A DNA stretch of 64,000 bases from an uncultured delta proteobacterium. Lineage in GTDB: Bacteria; Desulfobacterota; Desulfobacteria; Desulfobacterales; QNYZ01. A program made the translations under genes and the position numbers. The notes below the pieces were generated by a model. It had not been told where the DNA came from and ran no database searches. It saw nothing but the letters and a program-made list of their open reading frames with translations. Numbering within the stretch: position 1 is the stretch's first letter; every line of letters starts with the position of its first letter. Positions 25,312 to 35,243 of this stretch are shown here, in pieces. The stretch covers positions 480,001 through 544,000 of the forward strand of contig CAWJQU010000004.1 in assembly GCA_963845145.1 (NCBI GenBank). Direction: 5' to 3'.

Positions 25312-28300
25312 TCATTTCGGGGAGACACGAAGCGTACCGAAGATGGCGAACCGTTCCACCGCCTGATCGAGAAGGTTTTCGGGAAAAACCGGTTTGATCA
25401 ATCGTTCCAGGTCGTTCGCTTTCTTGGCAAAAGCCAATTCGGTTTCTGCCTTGAATCGTTGGCGTTGGTCGGGGTTGATGTCGGCCAGGGTGATTTTAAG
25501 GGGGTTGACGCGGCACCTGATGATGGGTTCAAAGGGTAGCCAGGCAAAATCCGGGTTTTCAAGGGTGGCGGTCACAAGATTATGTAGGTATTCGGTAGCC
25601 TCATCGGCATCCGCATGAAATGTAAATTCGATGGCATTTTGTGCGCTTATCAGGTGAATGGTGAGGGGCCTTTTTCCGATCCAGCGGCGGGTCGTCTGGG
25701 TCGTCAAACAGGCCAGGTAAAAGAGGAGCGGATTAATTAAATGTCTGCTCGGTTTTTTACTTAATTTTTTGACGCCAACAGGAACCAATACATGCCAACC
25801 GGTATCGTTATCACGCCACAACCAACGTAGGTGGCCATGCAGAACAAGGCTCACGATTTCTCCGTTCCGGCGGGGAATCGACAGGGGGAGTGGTTCAAAA
25901 CGTTTGATATGGCCACCGGTAGGGGATCCCGCCGGATTAATGGGTAGATCTGGAGGTAGATCTATGGGATCGCCGAAGATGGCAGCGGCCAAGGGTTTTT
26001 GGGCTGACATGGCCTGTTCAATCAGTGGCGCTCCCCTGGATAACATGGCCGCGAGCGCCTTTCGAAAGGTGGCCTGATCGATGTCGGCAAAAAAACCGTC
26101 AGGTGTGGCGCTTTGACGGGAGTATTCGGCATAGGTTTGGTCGAAAAGATCATGCGCTGCCTGCTCGTCATGGCAGGTTTTCTTTCCCTCGAAAATGGAA
26201 CCAAGCCATTGGGTAAAAGGCAGCATTTTTAACCGCCAATCCAATGGATATTCGGAGGCAAAGGGCTCATCTTCCATTTGAATGCTTTCTTCCAGACTGT
26301 TTTCGTCCTCAAAAAGACCTAAATGGTATTGCAAACTCGCATGAATGGGGTTTTGTAAAAAACGTGTCAGACGGTATAATTGAACCTCCGCCTGAAAAAT
26401 ATCTTCGTTTTGCAATGGGTTTGACGCGTTACGAGCAGCGAGGTCTGGATTGATGCGGGAGATGCGTCGGTTATCGGATGGGGTTAAGCGAGACTGAACC
26501 TCAGGCCAGGACCCGGTGGATCGGTAAGCAACCACTCGGTCGATAAGATGATCGTTGACACGTACATCGGACCAGGAAGTGACGGCTCCAAGCTTGATAT
26601 ATTCCGGACTGCTGCTTTTAAGGGGGACGGCGCTCAATTGAAATGATTGTCCCTGGGGGAGTACTCTGGCTTCCACAAAATGCTTTAGTTGGTTTACCAC
26701 TGTGTTGGGTGGTAATAAGCGGTCTTTTTGAAGATCACGGGAAATATAACTGATATATAGCTTTTCACGGGCTGCGAGCAAGGTTTCTAAAAACAGATAG
26801 CGGTTTTTTTCAGGGAGGCTGATATCTCCGATTCGGCGTTTTTGGCGACGTAGATCCAAAACAGTTGGTTCCTCCCGCCCGGGAAATCCACCCTCCTCCA
26901 TACCCAAAACATAAATAATTTTAAAAGGGATGGGGCGCATGGGGGTCAATTCGGAAATAGTGACACCACCGGTCAGATAATCGCCACTACCGCCGGAGAT
27001 GGCGCCCAGTCCATAGCGGAGATATTCGCTGATCAAGGTGGCATCTATCAGGGATTGGCCCTTCTGGTCGGCTAACCGTTCAAAGAAAGACAGGTTATCC
27101 AGGGCCTGAAACAAGCCCCGCTGAACGGCGCTTTCCCCTCGGTATTCGGGCGGTATCGATAGCTGCTCGCCGCAAACCGTTAGCAGCGCATCCCGCCACT
27201 GTCCAACCGTCGCCCGACCCAAATTTAAAGATGTGGCCGCACGATCCAGTGCTTCAACTACCAAACAAAATTTTTCCAGTGAATCCGTATTGCTGGTATG
27301 CAAGTCGGCATAGGGCACCAGATTTTGATAGTGGCGTGTTTTAGCCCCTGCGGTGTCATCGCTGGAAAAGATGCGCGCCAGGCGGAGACGTTGCAGCCCC
27401 TGTTTAAATGTAAAACGACCACTTTGGGGTGCCCCTTGTGACGGTGATTCCTTTTTCTGGAACATATGGAAAATATTAAGCGATTCGGCCCACTTGGCCC
27501 AGATTCGGACCTCGTCGGGTTCCACTTGCCATTTGTGCATAAAACATGGGTTTAAAATCAATTCAAAGACGGTTTTGCGGGAAAAGCGTTCCGTGGCCAG
27601 CGAAAGCAAGCCCAACACCGACTGGCCGTAGACACTTTCGATATCAGCCCGTGAATCGATTAGACTGTAGGTTAATCGTTTGGGGACACGGTTAAAAACT
27701 TGGTCAAAAACCGGTTTATAGGCGGTGATATTTGGGACCAGTATTGCGAAATCAGTGAGTTGCAGTCGATCATTTCGGGAAAGATTATAGACGATATTGT
27801 TGTACACGGTCTCTACTTCCCGTTGGATACCCGGGCAGCCATAGATTTGCAATGAACGGTCTTGATTCAGACGTTCGGAGGGGTGATCTTTTCCGAGGGT
27901 CAGAATGTTGTTTTGAATGGTTGCCAGTACCGTCCCTAACTGGTTATCTGATCGGTTAAAGGGTGAAAATCCGGCGTGAAAGACATAGTCCGTCAATTGA
28001 CAAAGCAGGCGAACGCTTTCACGACCGGGTTTACCCCAGGCGGATAACAAGGGGTGTTGCTCCGTATTATCAAGTTCTCCAGCCGCCATTTCCTCTTCTC
28101 GAAGGGATAGTCGGGGATTTCGATGCTTGATCCATCGCTTCTCCGACGGTGTTCGAATATCCTCCCAGAATTCGCGCGAGGGATTGAGGGCATAGATATA
28201 GATATCATAATAGGGTGTTAACCGGTCGATGAGGGTTAGATGGAAAGCGGAGACTTGGGATAAACCAAATAAATGGATCCGTTTTTCTTCAGCGTTGGCC

Positions 28301-28989
28301 CGAATCGGCTGATCTTTGTTTGATATAACCTGATCGGCATACTCCATTAAGGACAACACGGATTCACCGGTGCGGGTGCGAAGCGCATTGCGGGTTTTGA
28401 TCATTGCGAGATAGATGAGCTGTTCACACCGGGCGAGGTCGTTTTTCTCCACATATCCGTCCTGCCAACGACGGATCATATCGGTGCGATGGTATTCATA
28501 CTCCTGAAAAAGATAGGCCAGTCTTTCGGCCAGTTGCCAGAGTCGAACGGTGTAATCGGATTTTTTTTGACCGTCCGGTTTGTACAAATACCCCACAACC
28601 GATGCCATTTCCACATTCGCTGTTTCTAAGTGAATCAGCTCAAATAGGATCAGAAGCCTGGATTTGATATTATCGAGCCATTCGGTGGGTTGTTCTTTAT
28701 TGGGTTGATCCTCATTGGGTCGTTTTTTGGGTCCTGATTGCGTTTTAAGATCCAATGCCGCGATCATTTGCCACAATCCGATTTCCAGAAATTGAAAATC
28801 CAAATTCATGGCGATGGTGTCTCGTTGGGCGAGCATCAGCGTTAGCCATTTGGCCAGATTGGTGTTGGGAATAATTATTTTTAAAGGGAGAAACGGGTCG
28901 TCAGTCTCTTGCCGATCGGCGTCCATGTTTCGGGCCAGCTTTTCAGCCAGATGTTCGAGGTGGTTGCTAAAAAAAAGGTCAACACCCAT
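25312..28989 (-). CDS. recC: Exodeoxyribonuclease V gamma subunit
   Basis: FSNHLEHL, HPLLSAWGKPGR, REVE, PMRPIPFKIIYVLGM, RYLFLETLLAAREKLYISY and FLQNP. Syntenic with recB and recD. Confidence 0.93.
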   Translation of the reverse strand: MGVDLFFSNHLEHLAEKLARNMDADRQETDDPFLPLKIIIPNTNLAKWLTLMLAQRDTIAMNLDFQFLEIGLWQMIAALDLKTQSGPKKRPNEDQPNKEQPTEWLDNIKSRLLILFELIHLETANVEMASVVGYLYKPDGQKKSDYTVRLWQLAERLAYLFQEYEYHRTDMIRRWQDGYVEKNDLARCEQLIYLAMIKTRNALRTRTGESVLSLMEYADQVISNKDQPIRANAEEKRIHLFGLSQVSAFHLTLIDRLTPYYDIYIYALNPSREFWEDIRTPSEKRWIKHRNPRLSLREEEMAAGELDNTEQHPLLSAWGKPGRESVRLLCQLTDYVFHAGFSPFNRSDNQLGTVLATIQNNILTLGKDHPSERLNQDRSLQIYGCPGIQREVETVYNNIVYNLSRNDRLQLTDFAILVPNITAYKPVFDQVFNRVPKRLTYSLIDSRADIESVYGQSVLGLLSLATERFSRKTVFELILNPCFMHKWQVEPDEVRIWAKWAESLNIFHMFQKKESPSQGAPQSGRFTFKQGLQRLRLARIFSSDDTAGAKTRHYQNLVPYADLHTSNTDSLEKFCLVVEALDRAATSLNLGRATVGQWRDALLTVCGEQLSIPPEYRGESAVQRGLFQALDNLSFFERLADQKGQSLIDATLISEYLRYGLGAISGGSGDYLTGGVTISELTPMRPIPFKIIYVLGMEEGGFPGREEPTVLDLRRQKRRIGDISLPEKNRYLFLETLLAAREKLYISYISRDLQKDRLLPPNTVVNQLKHFVEARVLPQGQSFQLSAVPLKSSSPEYIKLGAVTSWSDVRVNDHLIDRVVAYRSTGSWPEVQSRLTPSDNRRISRINPDLAARNASNPLQNEDIFQAEVQLYRLTRFLQNPIHASLQYHLGLFEDENSLEESIQMEDEPFASEYPLDWRLKMLPFTQWLGSIFEGKKTCHDEQAAHDLFDQTYAEYSRQSATPDGFFADIDQATFRKALAAMLSRGAPLIEQAMSAQKPLAAAIFGDPIDLPPDLPINPAGSPTGGHIKRFEPLPLSIPRRNGEIVSLVLHGHLRWLWRDNDTGWHVLVPVGVKKLSKKPSRHLINPLLFYLACLTTQTTRRWIGKRPLTIHLISAQNAIEFTFHADADEATEYLHNLVTATLENPDFAWLPFEPIIRCRVNPLKITLADINPDQRQRFKAETELAFAKKANDLERLIKPVFPENLLDQAVERFAIFGTLRVSPK
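28686..28730. repeat. Degenerate 15-bp tandem repeat x3 in a recC N-terminal loop
   Basis: TGGGTTGTTCTTTAT TGGGTTGATCCTCAT TGGGTCGTTTTTTGG, encoding KKRP-NEDQP-NKEQP. Confidence 0.5.
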
Positions 28990-28991
28990 TG

Positions 28992-29435
28992 TTACTCATT
29001 TGGCGCTGGTGGGGGATCAGCCGGACTGAGACAACGCGTCAGCCCTTGTCTAAGCCAATCCGGAAGCGGTTTTTTTTTGAAGGTGACCATATCCATGCAT
29101 ACCGTCGTGTGGCGACAGATAATCCGGGCCTCATCGTCTCCCTTTTTAAATGCCCGGTAGCCGAAAGTGATGGATGTTTGGCCGATATGGTGAACCGTGA
29201 CTTCCACTTCAATATCATCGCCATAATTGAACGGGGCTGAGAAATCCGTTTCCAGATGTACGACGGGAAAGCCCATTTTGTGCTGATCGATAACTGTATG
29301 GTAATCGATTTTAAGTTCGGATGTGAAAAATTCTTCCAGGGCGACGTGGAAATAATGTAGAAATCGCGGGTAGTAAACGATTCCCGCCCGATCAATATCA
29401 CCGAACCGAATTTTCAGCTGTGATTTAAAGGTCAT
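28992..29435 (-). CDS. Acyl-CoA thioesterase (4HBT/YbgC hot-dog family)
   Basis: IRFGDIDRAGIVYYPRFLHYFH motif. Stop codon 2 bp before the recC ATG. Confidence 0.88.
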   Translation of the reverse strand: MTFKSQLKIRFGDIDRAGIVYYPRFLHYFHVALEEFFTSELKIDYHTVIDQHKMGFPVVHLETDFSAPFNYGDDIEVEVTVHHIGQTSITFGYRAFKKGDDEARIICRHTTVCMDMVTFKKKPLPDWLRQGLTRCLSPADPPPAPNE

Positions 29436-29837
29436 ATTTAAATAGGGTCCCTTCGTAAAATTGTGCCAAGCTTAATTGAAGATTGATCCAGATTCAAGGT
29501 TGATTTGTTACTTCCACCGGGGGAAGAGAGGAAATGATTGTTTTTTTGTGAATATTTCAGTTTCATTGTTGCAACTCTAAGCGAAATTAAGGGGCCAAGG
29601 GCTCCAAAGGTTTTGGTTTTAAATGAAAGGTGCCGATATCGTGGTCTTTCGGTCTGTTTGATCTATTGAAAAATTTGCCCCTTGAGCCCGGTTCGCAAGG
29701 GTGGTAAATGTGATTCGATTGGGGATACCCGTCAATGTATTTTTTGTGGCCCGAATGAATTTTTTTTGATTGTTCTGCGAGAAAAACGGGCGTTGGGGCC
29801 TGTTTATAAATAGACGTAATTTGGCTGGGAGGATGGA

Positions 29838-30992
29838 ATGGAATTCGAACTGACGAAGACTCAAAAGCAGATTCAAAAAGCAGTCCGGGATTTTGTTAAA
29901 GGTGAATTTGACAAGGAGCTCGCCTTTGAGCTGGATCAATCCCATGAATTTCCAAGAAAAATCTGGCAGAAGGCCGGTGATATCGGTTTACTCGGCATTC
30001 ATTATCCGGAAGAATATTCGGGACAGGGGATGGGCTCCATCGAAGATATCCTGGTTATTGAAGAGCTTTGTCGGGGCGACTCATCCGTCGGTAGCGCCGT
30101 GGCCTTGGCCTCCTTTGCCTCGGAATTGATTCTGCACTATGGGTCGGACGAAATGAAAAAAAAATATTTACCTGCCGTGGCGGAAGGACGCATGCTCTCC
30201 GCGGGCGCCTTTACCGAACCGGCCCATGGATCCGATATTACCTTTATGGATACAGCGGCGGTCAAAGATGGTGACGAATGGGTCGTAAACGGGGTTAAAA
30301 CATTTATTACCAATGGCGGTTTGGCCGGATTCTACTCGGTTTTGTGCCAGACAGATTCGGCGGCCAATCCCACCTATCGAGGCCAGAGCCTCATTTTGGT
30401 GGAAGCTGACCGGGAAGGGGTAACCACGGCTGATGTGGGCGCCAAAATGGGCATCCATTTGATGGCTACGGCCGAGGTATCCTTCAAAGAGGTTCGTGTT
30501 CCCCAAGAAAACCTTATCGGTGAAGAAAACAAAGGCTTTTACCATGTCCTCCACTTTTTCGATGAAAGCCGCATTCAAGTGGCCGCGCAGGCCCTGGGCA
30601 TTGCCCAGGGGGCTTTTGACCGGGCTTTGGCTTATGTCAAACAGCGTGAGCAATTTGGCCGAAAAATCGCTCAATTTCAGGTAAACCAACACAAATTGGC
30701 CGACATGGCCACTAAAATTGAACTTGCCCGGCTGATCACCTATAAAGCGGCCTGGAATTTCGATCAGGGCCGTATCGACCCGAAACTGACCTCCATGGCC
30801 AAAATGGTTGCCGGGCGTACAGCCGTGGAAGTGGCCGACGAAGCCATCCAATTGCTGGGCGGATACGGGTATATGACCGAATACGAAGTGGAGCGTTTTT
30901 ACCGGGATGCCAAGATAACTGAAATTTACGAAGGTACCCGTGAAATTCAGAAAAATACGATTGCAGGTGCTGTTATCGGGAAGTTGAAATAA
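29838..30992 (+). CDS. Acyl-CoA dehydrogenase
   Basis: GGAGG RBS. AFTEPAHGSD, NGVKTFITNG, REQFGRKI, QLLGGYGY and EIYEGTREIQ. Confidence 0.93.
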   Translation: MEFELTKTQKQIQKAVRDFVKGEFDKELAFELDQSHEFPRKIWQKAGDIGLLGIHYPEEYSGQGMGSIEDILVIEELCRGDSSVGSAVALASFASELILHYGSDEMKKKYLPAVAEGRMLSAGAFTEPAHGSDITFMDTAAVKDGDEWVVNGVKTFITNGGLAGFYSVLCQTDSAANPTYRGQSLILVEADREGVTTADVGAKMGIHLMATAEVSFKEVRVPQENLIGEENKGFYHVLHFFDESRIQVAAQALGIAQGAFDRALAYVKQREQFGRKIAQFQVNQHKLADMATKIELARLITYKAAWNFDQGRIDPKLTSMAKMVAGRTAVEVADEAIQLLGGYGYMTEYEVERFYRDAKITEIYEGTREIQKNTIAGAVIGKLK

Positions 30993-31004
30993 ACGGAACA
31001 AGCG

Positions 31005-32702
31005 ATGCTTAGTATCCGCAAAATCGGAGTGATCGGGCGCACCTATCGCCACCTGAACCGCTATCGGCAAATCCTGACCGTCCTGTTTCGTTACGGTTTC
31101 GGCGATTTGATCGAGACCCTGAAGATTGATCAATATATCGAAGTCGGTCTTCAAATGGTTTCCCGGAAAAAGCGCGATCGCCTGGACCGGTTGACCCGGG
31201 CCGAACGGGTGCGCCTCGTTTTTGAAGAGCTGGGCCCCACCTACATCAAACTGGCCCAGATCCTTTCCACCCGACCGGATCTGATCCCCATCGATTTCAT
31301 CGTGGAACTGGCACGGCTTCAGGACAAAGTGCCTTTCGTTGATTTTTCCGCAGTTGAGAAAATCATCGATGAAGAATTCGGAAAAGCCCCGGCGGAACTG
31401 TTTGACGAGATCGATCATACGCCGGTGGCTTCGGCTTCACTGGGCCAGGTGCATCTGGCCCGTACACTGGCCGGAGAACCTGTCGCCGTGAAGGTTCAAC
31501 GTCCGGAGATTCGTAAAACCATTGAAGTCGATCTGGAAATCATGCTTCATCTGGCGACGCTTATGGAGCGGCACGTCGAGGAAATGGCGTTGCACCGGCC
31601 GGTGAAAATCGTTGAAGAATTTGCCGATACGCTCGAAAAGGAGATGGATTATACGATTGAGGCCGGCAGCATGGAAAGAATGGCCCGTCTTTTTTTAAAC
31701 GACAGCTCGGTTTATATCCCGGCCGTTTACCGGGAACTGACGACGCCTCGAATCCTGACCATGGAATATGTGGATGGGATTAAAATATCGGACCTGGATC
31801 GTATTGAGAAAGCCGGGTACGATAAAAAACAGATCACCGTTCGCGGGGCGGATCTCTATTTGACCCAATTTTTTGAGCACGGCTTTTTTCACGGTGATCC
31901 GCACCCGGGAAATATCTTTATACTACCCGAGCATGTGATTTGTCTGCTCGATTTCGGCATGGTGGGAACGGTGGACCGTCGTACACGGGAGCTGTTCGTC
32001 GATTTGATCGATTGTATCATTCAGCACGAGGAAACCCGCTGTGTCCGTTTGCTTTTGCGGTTGGCCGAATGGGAAGAAGAGCCGGATATTCGTCGGCTTG
32101 AGAAAGATGTGGCCGAATTCACCAGCCGCCACCTCTACAAGCCCATCAAAGAGATCGCGATCGGTACGTTGTTGCAGCACATGCTGGATCTCACCGCCCG
32201 CCATGGTTTGCGCATTCCTCCCAATCTTTTCCTCATGATGAAGGCCCTGGCGACGGTTGAAGGCGTGGCCCGTATGCTGGACCCGGAGTTTAACCTGGTT
32301 GACCGGGCGACGCCTTTTATTCATAAAATCAAACTCGAACGGCTGCATCCCCAACGGGTGGCCGAGGATGTGTCTCATCTGGCGGCGGACTGGTACGAAT
32401 TTTTAGGGCATTTTCCCCAGGATCTGATGGAAATTACACGGTTGATCCGCAGCCGCAGACTCACTTTTCGGCATGAATCCGCGGACGTTCCGAAAATTCT
32501 GGCCACATACTCCCAAATCAGCAACCGCCTATCATTTGCGATAATCATCGCCGCTCTGGTTATCGGGTCAGCCCTGATTGTCATCTCTGAAATCCCGCCC
32601 CTGTTTTTCGGTATCTCCTTAATCGGTATTTTCGGATTTTTTGCCGCTGCCCTGATGGGTATCTGGCTGTTGATCGCCATTCTTAAAAAGGGCCGGCTTT
32701 AA
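31005..32702 (+). CDS. ABC1/UbiB/AarF family atypical kinase
   Basis: LGPTYIKLAQILSTRPD, ASASLGQVH, VAVKVQRP, FFHGDPHPGN and DFGMVG, with two C-terminal TM helices. Confidence 0.92.
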   Translation: MLSIRKIGVIGRTYRHLNRYRQILTVLFRYGFGDLIETLKIDQYIEVGLQMVSRKKRDRLDRLTRAERVRLVFEELGPTYIKLAQILSTRPDLIPIDFIVELARLQDKVPFVDFSAVEKIIDEEFGKAPAELFDEIDHTPVASASLGQVHLARTLAGEPVAVKVQRPEIRKTIEVDLEIMLHLATLMERHVEEMALHRPVKIVEEFADTLEKEMDYTIEAGSMERMARLFLNDSSVYIPAVYRELTTPRILTMEYVDGIKISDLDRIEKAGYDKKQITVRGADLYLTQFFEHGFFHGDPHPGNIFILPEHVICLLDFGMVGTVDRRTRELFVDLIDCIIQHEETRCVRLLLRLAEWEEEPDIRRLEKDVAEFTSRHLYKPIKEIAIGTLLQHMLDLTARHGLRIPPNLFLMMKALATVEGVARMLDPEFNLVDRATPFIHKIKLERLHPQRVAEDVSHLAADWYEFLGHFPQDLMEITRLIRSRRLTFRHESADVPKILATYSQISNRLSFAIIIAALVIGSALIVISEIPPLFFGISLIGIFGFFAAALMGIWLLIAILKKGRL

Positions 32703-33097
32703 GGGCATTGGGGCTGCGATTGTGAATACGCACTGATTTTTTTATCCTCATCCATAATGTGTTCGCGCACCCAGCGGAACATGAATTGCTTGAATGCGTA
32801 AAGGTCTGTCTTTCCTTTTTCGTAATCTTTGGCGTAGGCCATCAGCATCCGGGTCAAGGTTTTATGTTTGTTGGCATGGGCCTTTAATTCGGGATAATCC
32901 AATTCACGCATGTAGGTTTCTTCGTCGCTGAAATGCGCGGTAGCATACTCGAGGGTCTCTAATAAAACCTTTTCATCCCTTGACGATGAAAACTCAGGAA
33001 TCGACTGGATCATCTCGACCAATCGCTTGTGTTGCGCATCGACCGCTTGATTACCGATTAACAGTGCATCATTCCATTCGATCCTGTAATCGTCCAT
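32699..33097 (-). CDS. Bacteriohemerythrin (di-iron, O2-binding)
   Basis: W....IG..VD.QH, HF.DEE, H...H and W..EHI..ED ligands are all present. Start is ATG 33097 or 33130. Confidence 0.88.
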   Translation of the reverse strand: MDDYRIEWNDALLIGNQAVDAQHKRLVEMIQSIPEFSSSRDEKVLLETLEYATAHFSDEETYMRELDYPELKAHANKHKTLTRMLMAYAKDYEKGKTDLYAFKQFMFRWVREHIMDEDKKISAYSQSQPQCP

Positions 33098-33134
33098 AAA
33101 ATCCCAGACGCTTTTCTCTCTATTTATCATTGGT

Positions 33135-33899
33135 TCATGCCCCAAACTGGTTATTGATGCGCCCGCTGTTTTTAAACACATCCTTGATTTTCGATTTGAG
33201 TATCTCCAGGTCCACCGGCTTTTCGAAAAACCCGGCAACCTTGTTTAAGAGGATATCGGCGTCATCGCGCATGCCCTGATATCCCGAGCAGACGATAACG
33301 GGTAGGTCTTGTTTGTATTTACGAATCTCTTTGATTAATTCGAAGCCATGCATGCCTGGCATTTTTATATCGGTGATGACCATATGGATATTCTCGCTTT
33401 GGATAATTTCCAGTGCCTTTTTCGCACTAGGGATGGTCAGCACTTTCCATGCGGTTTTTCGAAAAGATCGCTCATAAGCCCGAAGGATATGAACATCATC
33501 GTCCACGAAAAGTATTTGCTTGCGCGACATTTCCAATGCGTGGATGACTTTGTGGAAATTCTCTATGAGCATATCTTCCCCATTAAATAAAAATACCGAC
33601 GAGTCGCCGGAAAGCGTTAAAAACATGCTCTGGGGTGAAGCGTAACTGCGTAAAAACAGGATAACCGGGATGTTGGTATAAAAGCGCCGGCTTTGAATCA
33701 GCACATCCAGCCATTCCCACCGAACGATTCTCGGCTCCAGAACGATGATATCGATATCATTTTCATTTTGGCCGAAAAGATCATCCGAAAGCGGATAAAA
33801 GGATACGGAATAGCCCAGCTCACTGATCGTCTGCTTGATGATCGCCAGATAATCTTCCTGATCGGGGATTGCCAGGTTACCGATTTTAATGGTTTTCAT
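33135..33899 (-). CDS. Response regulator (degenerate N-terminal REC-like domain and intact C-terminal REC)
   Basis: TAAGGAG RBS. C-terminal ILFVDDD, VITDIKMPG and EKP. Confidence 0.85.
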   Translation of the reverse strand: MKTIKIGNLAIPDQEDYLAIIKQTISELGYSVSFYPLSDDLFGQNENDIDIIVLEPRIVRWEWLDVLIQSRRFYTNIPVILFLRSYASPQSMFLTLSGDSSVFLFNGEDMLIENFHKVIHALEMSRKQILFVDDDVHILRAYERSFRKTAWKVLTIPSAKKALEIIQSENIHMVITDIKMPGMHGFELIKEIRKYKQDLPVIVCSGYQGMRDDADILLNKVAGFFEKPVDLEILKSKIKDVFKNSGRINNQFGA

Positions 33900-33907
33900 T
33901 TTTTCTC

Positions 33908-34072
33908 CTTAGGGTTCGTGTAAAAATAAGTTCACAGTTTTAGGTGTTGAGGCGCCCGCCTGGCAAGGCGTGAAAGTGAAGGAATATCGAGATATTCCGA
34001 GCTTTCGCAACGTCGCCAGACGGGATGCATCGGCGCATAAAATGTGAAATTATTTTTTGCGCGCGCCCTGAG
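33908..34072. mobile_element. MITE/REPIN-like hairpin element, family B copy 2 (inverted)
   Basis: Reverse complement of 18723-18886 with about 6 substitutions and 1 indel, counted by eye. Confidence 0.85.
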
Positions 34073-34100
34073 CCTAAGTTTTGAGGATTGATAAGCCATT

Positions 34101-35243
34101 TTACTTTTCAAGGTTTAAGACGCGAAAAGGTTCTTTCAGGCCGACATTGTCGGCATAGTTTTTTAAGCGTTGGATCATGATCGGAGTGATTTCCTGCCCA
34201 CGGGAGATCAGTAATTTGTTGGTTTCAGTCTCCAGGTCGTCCTGAAGAATCATGCCTGCTTTTAATTCGTTGAGGGTTACCGCCTTGACCGTTTGCCCTG
34301 AATCAGCACCGAAGATGTTGGCCAGGGCTTCTAAAATTTGGGGGTCATAACGGTTGCTGCGCTGGTTAAGGGCCTTTAAAATACTTTTTTTATCCATCCC
34401 GTTGGATTCAAGCAGGTCAAAATCCAGCACTACTTTCAGAATCCGCGCACCGATGGGGATATCGGTTTCTTTGAGATGATTGGCCGGTTGTCCCGAACCA
34501 TCGAAGAGATTATTTTGACAAGCCACGATTTCGGCAATTTCTTCCAAACGGGGGATATGGGAGATCAGGTCGGCGGCAATTCCGGGATGCGATCGAAAGT
34601 GAAGGGCCTCTTTTTCATCAAGGGCTTGGCCGCCCTGAATTTTTTCGATGATCTCGTCGGGCATGGCGATACACCCGATCTGAGAAAGCATGGCCGCGGT
34701 TTCAACTTTCCAGATATCGGGCAGTTCAAGTTGTTCGGCCAAATCTCCCGCGTACCGTTTGATGCGCGAGGCTTTTCCAAATATATCGGGGTTGAGCAGT
34801 GAAAGCAGCTCCGTCAGCACCTTGATGCTTCCCTGCAAGGTTTTTTCCAGCAGCTCTTTTTCCGCGCTTACCAGACGGTGATGCTCGATGGCCTGATCAA
34901 TGGTGTTTGAAAGGATATCGATGGGGCAGGGCTTGGTGAGAAACCGGTAAATATGGCCTTCGTTTACGGCTTGGATCGCCTTTTGCAAATCGGCATTGCC
35001 TGTCAGCATCACCCGCACGCTGTCGGGAACCCGTTCCTTGGCTTTTGACAAGAACTGAATGCCGTCCATTCCGGGCATTTGAAGATCGGAAAGGATAACG
35101 GCGAAAGGGTCTTCGGTTTCAATGGCTTCCAACCCGCTTTCCGGGCCCATGGCGGTCTTAACCCGGTATTTTTTTCTTAATTGTCGTTTCAGCGATGATA
35201 GCAGGTTGCGATCGTCATCTACGATTAGAATGTGTTTATTCAT
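34101..35243 (-). CDS. REC + HD-GYP-like response regulator (HD motif degenerate)
   Basis: ILIVDDD, LSDLQMPGMDG and TKP. The output domain reads MLSQIG (HD lost), FDGSGQP and IPIGARIL. Confidence 0.85.
   Translation of the reverse strand: MNKHILIVDDDRNLLSSLKRQLRKKYRVKTAMGPESGLEAIETEDPFAVILSDLQMPGMDGIQFLSKAKERVPDSVRVMLTGNADLQKAIQAVNEGHIYRFLTKPCPIDILSNTIDQAIEHHRLVSAEKELLEKTLQGSIKVLTELLSLLNPDIFGKASRIKRYAGDLAEQLELPDIWKVETAAMLSQIGCIAMPDEIIEKIQGGQALDEKEALHFRSHPGIAADLISHIPRLEEIAEIVACQNNLFDGSGQPANHLKETDIPIGARILKVVLDFDLLESNGMDKKSILKALNQRSNRYDPQILEALANIFGADSGQTVKAVTLNELKAGMILQDDLETETNKLLISRGQEITPIMIQRLKNYADNVGLKEPFRVLNLEK

Noticed and set aside
29619..29945. 108-aa minus-strand ORF
   Set aside because: It overlaps the start and promoter region of the acyl-CoA dehydrogenase and has no supporting features.
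30168..31418. 416-aa minus-strand ORF
   Set aside because: It lies antisense to two well-supported genes (acyl-CoA dehydrogenase, ABC1 kinase), has no recognisable motifs, and looks like a codon-bias shadow ORF.
18723..34072. Composite transposon bounded by the two inverted family B copies
   Set aside because: The enclosed genes are housekeeping (recBCD and others), there is no transposase or flanking target duplication, and independent insertions are the simpler explanation.
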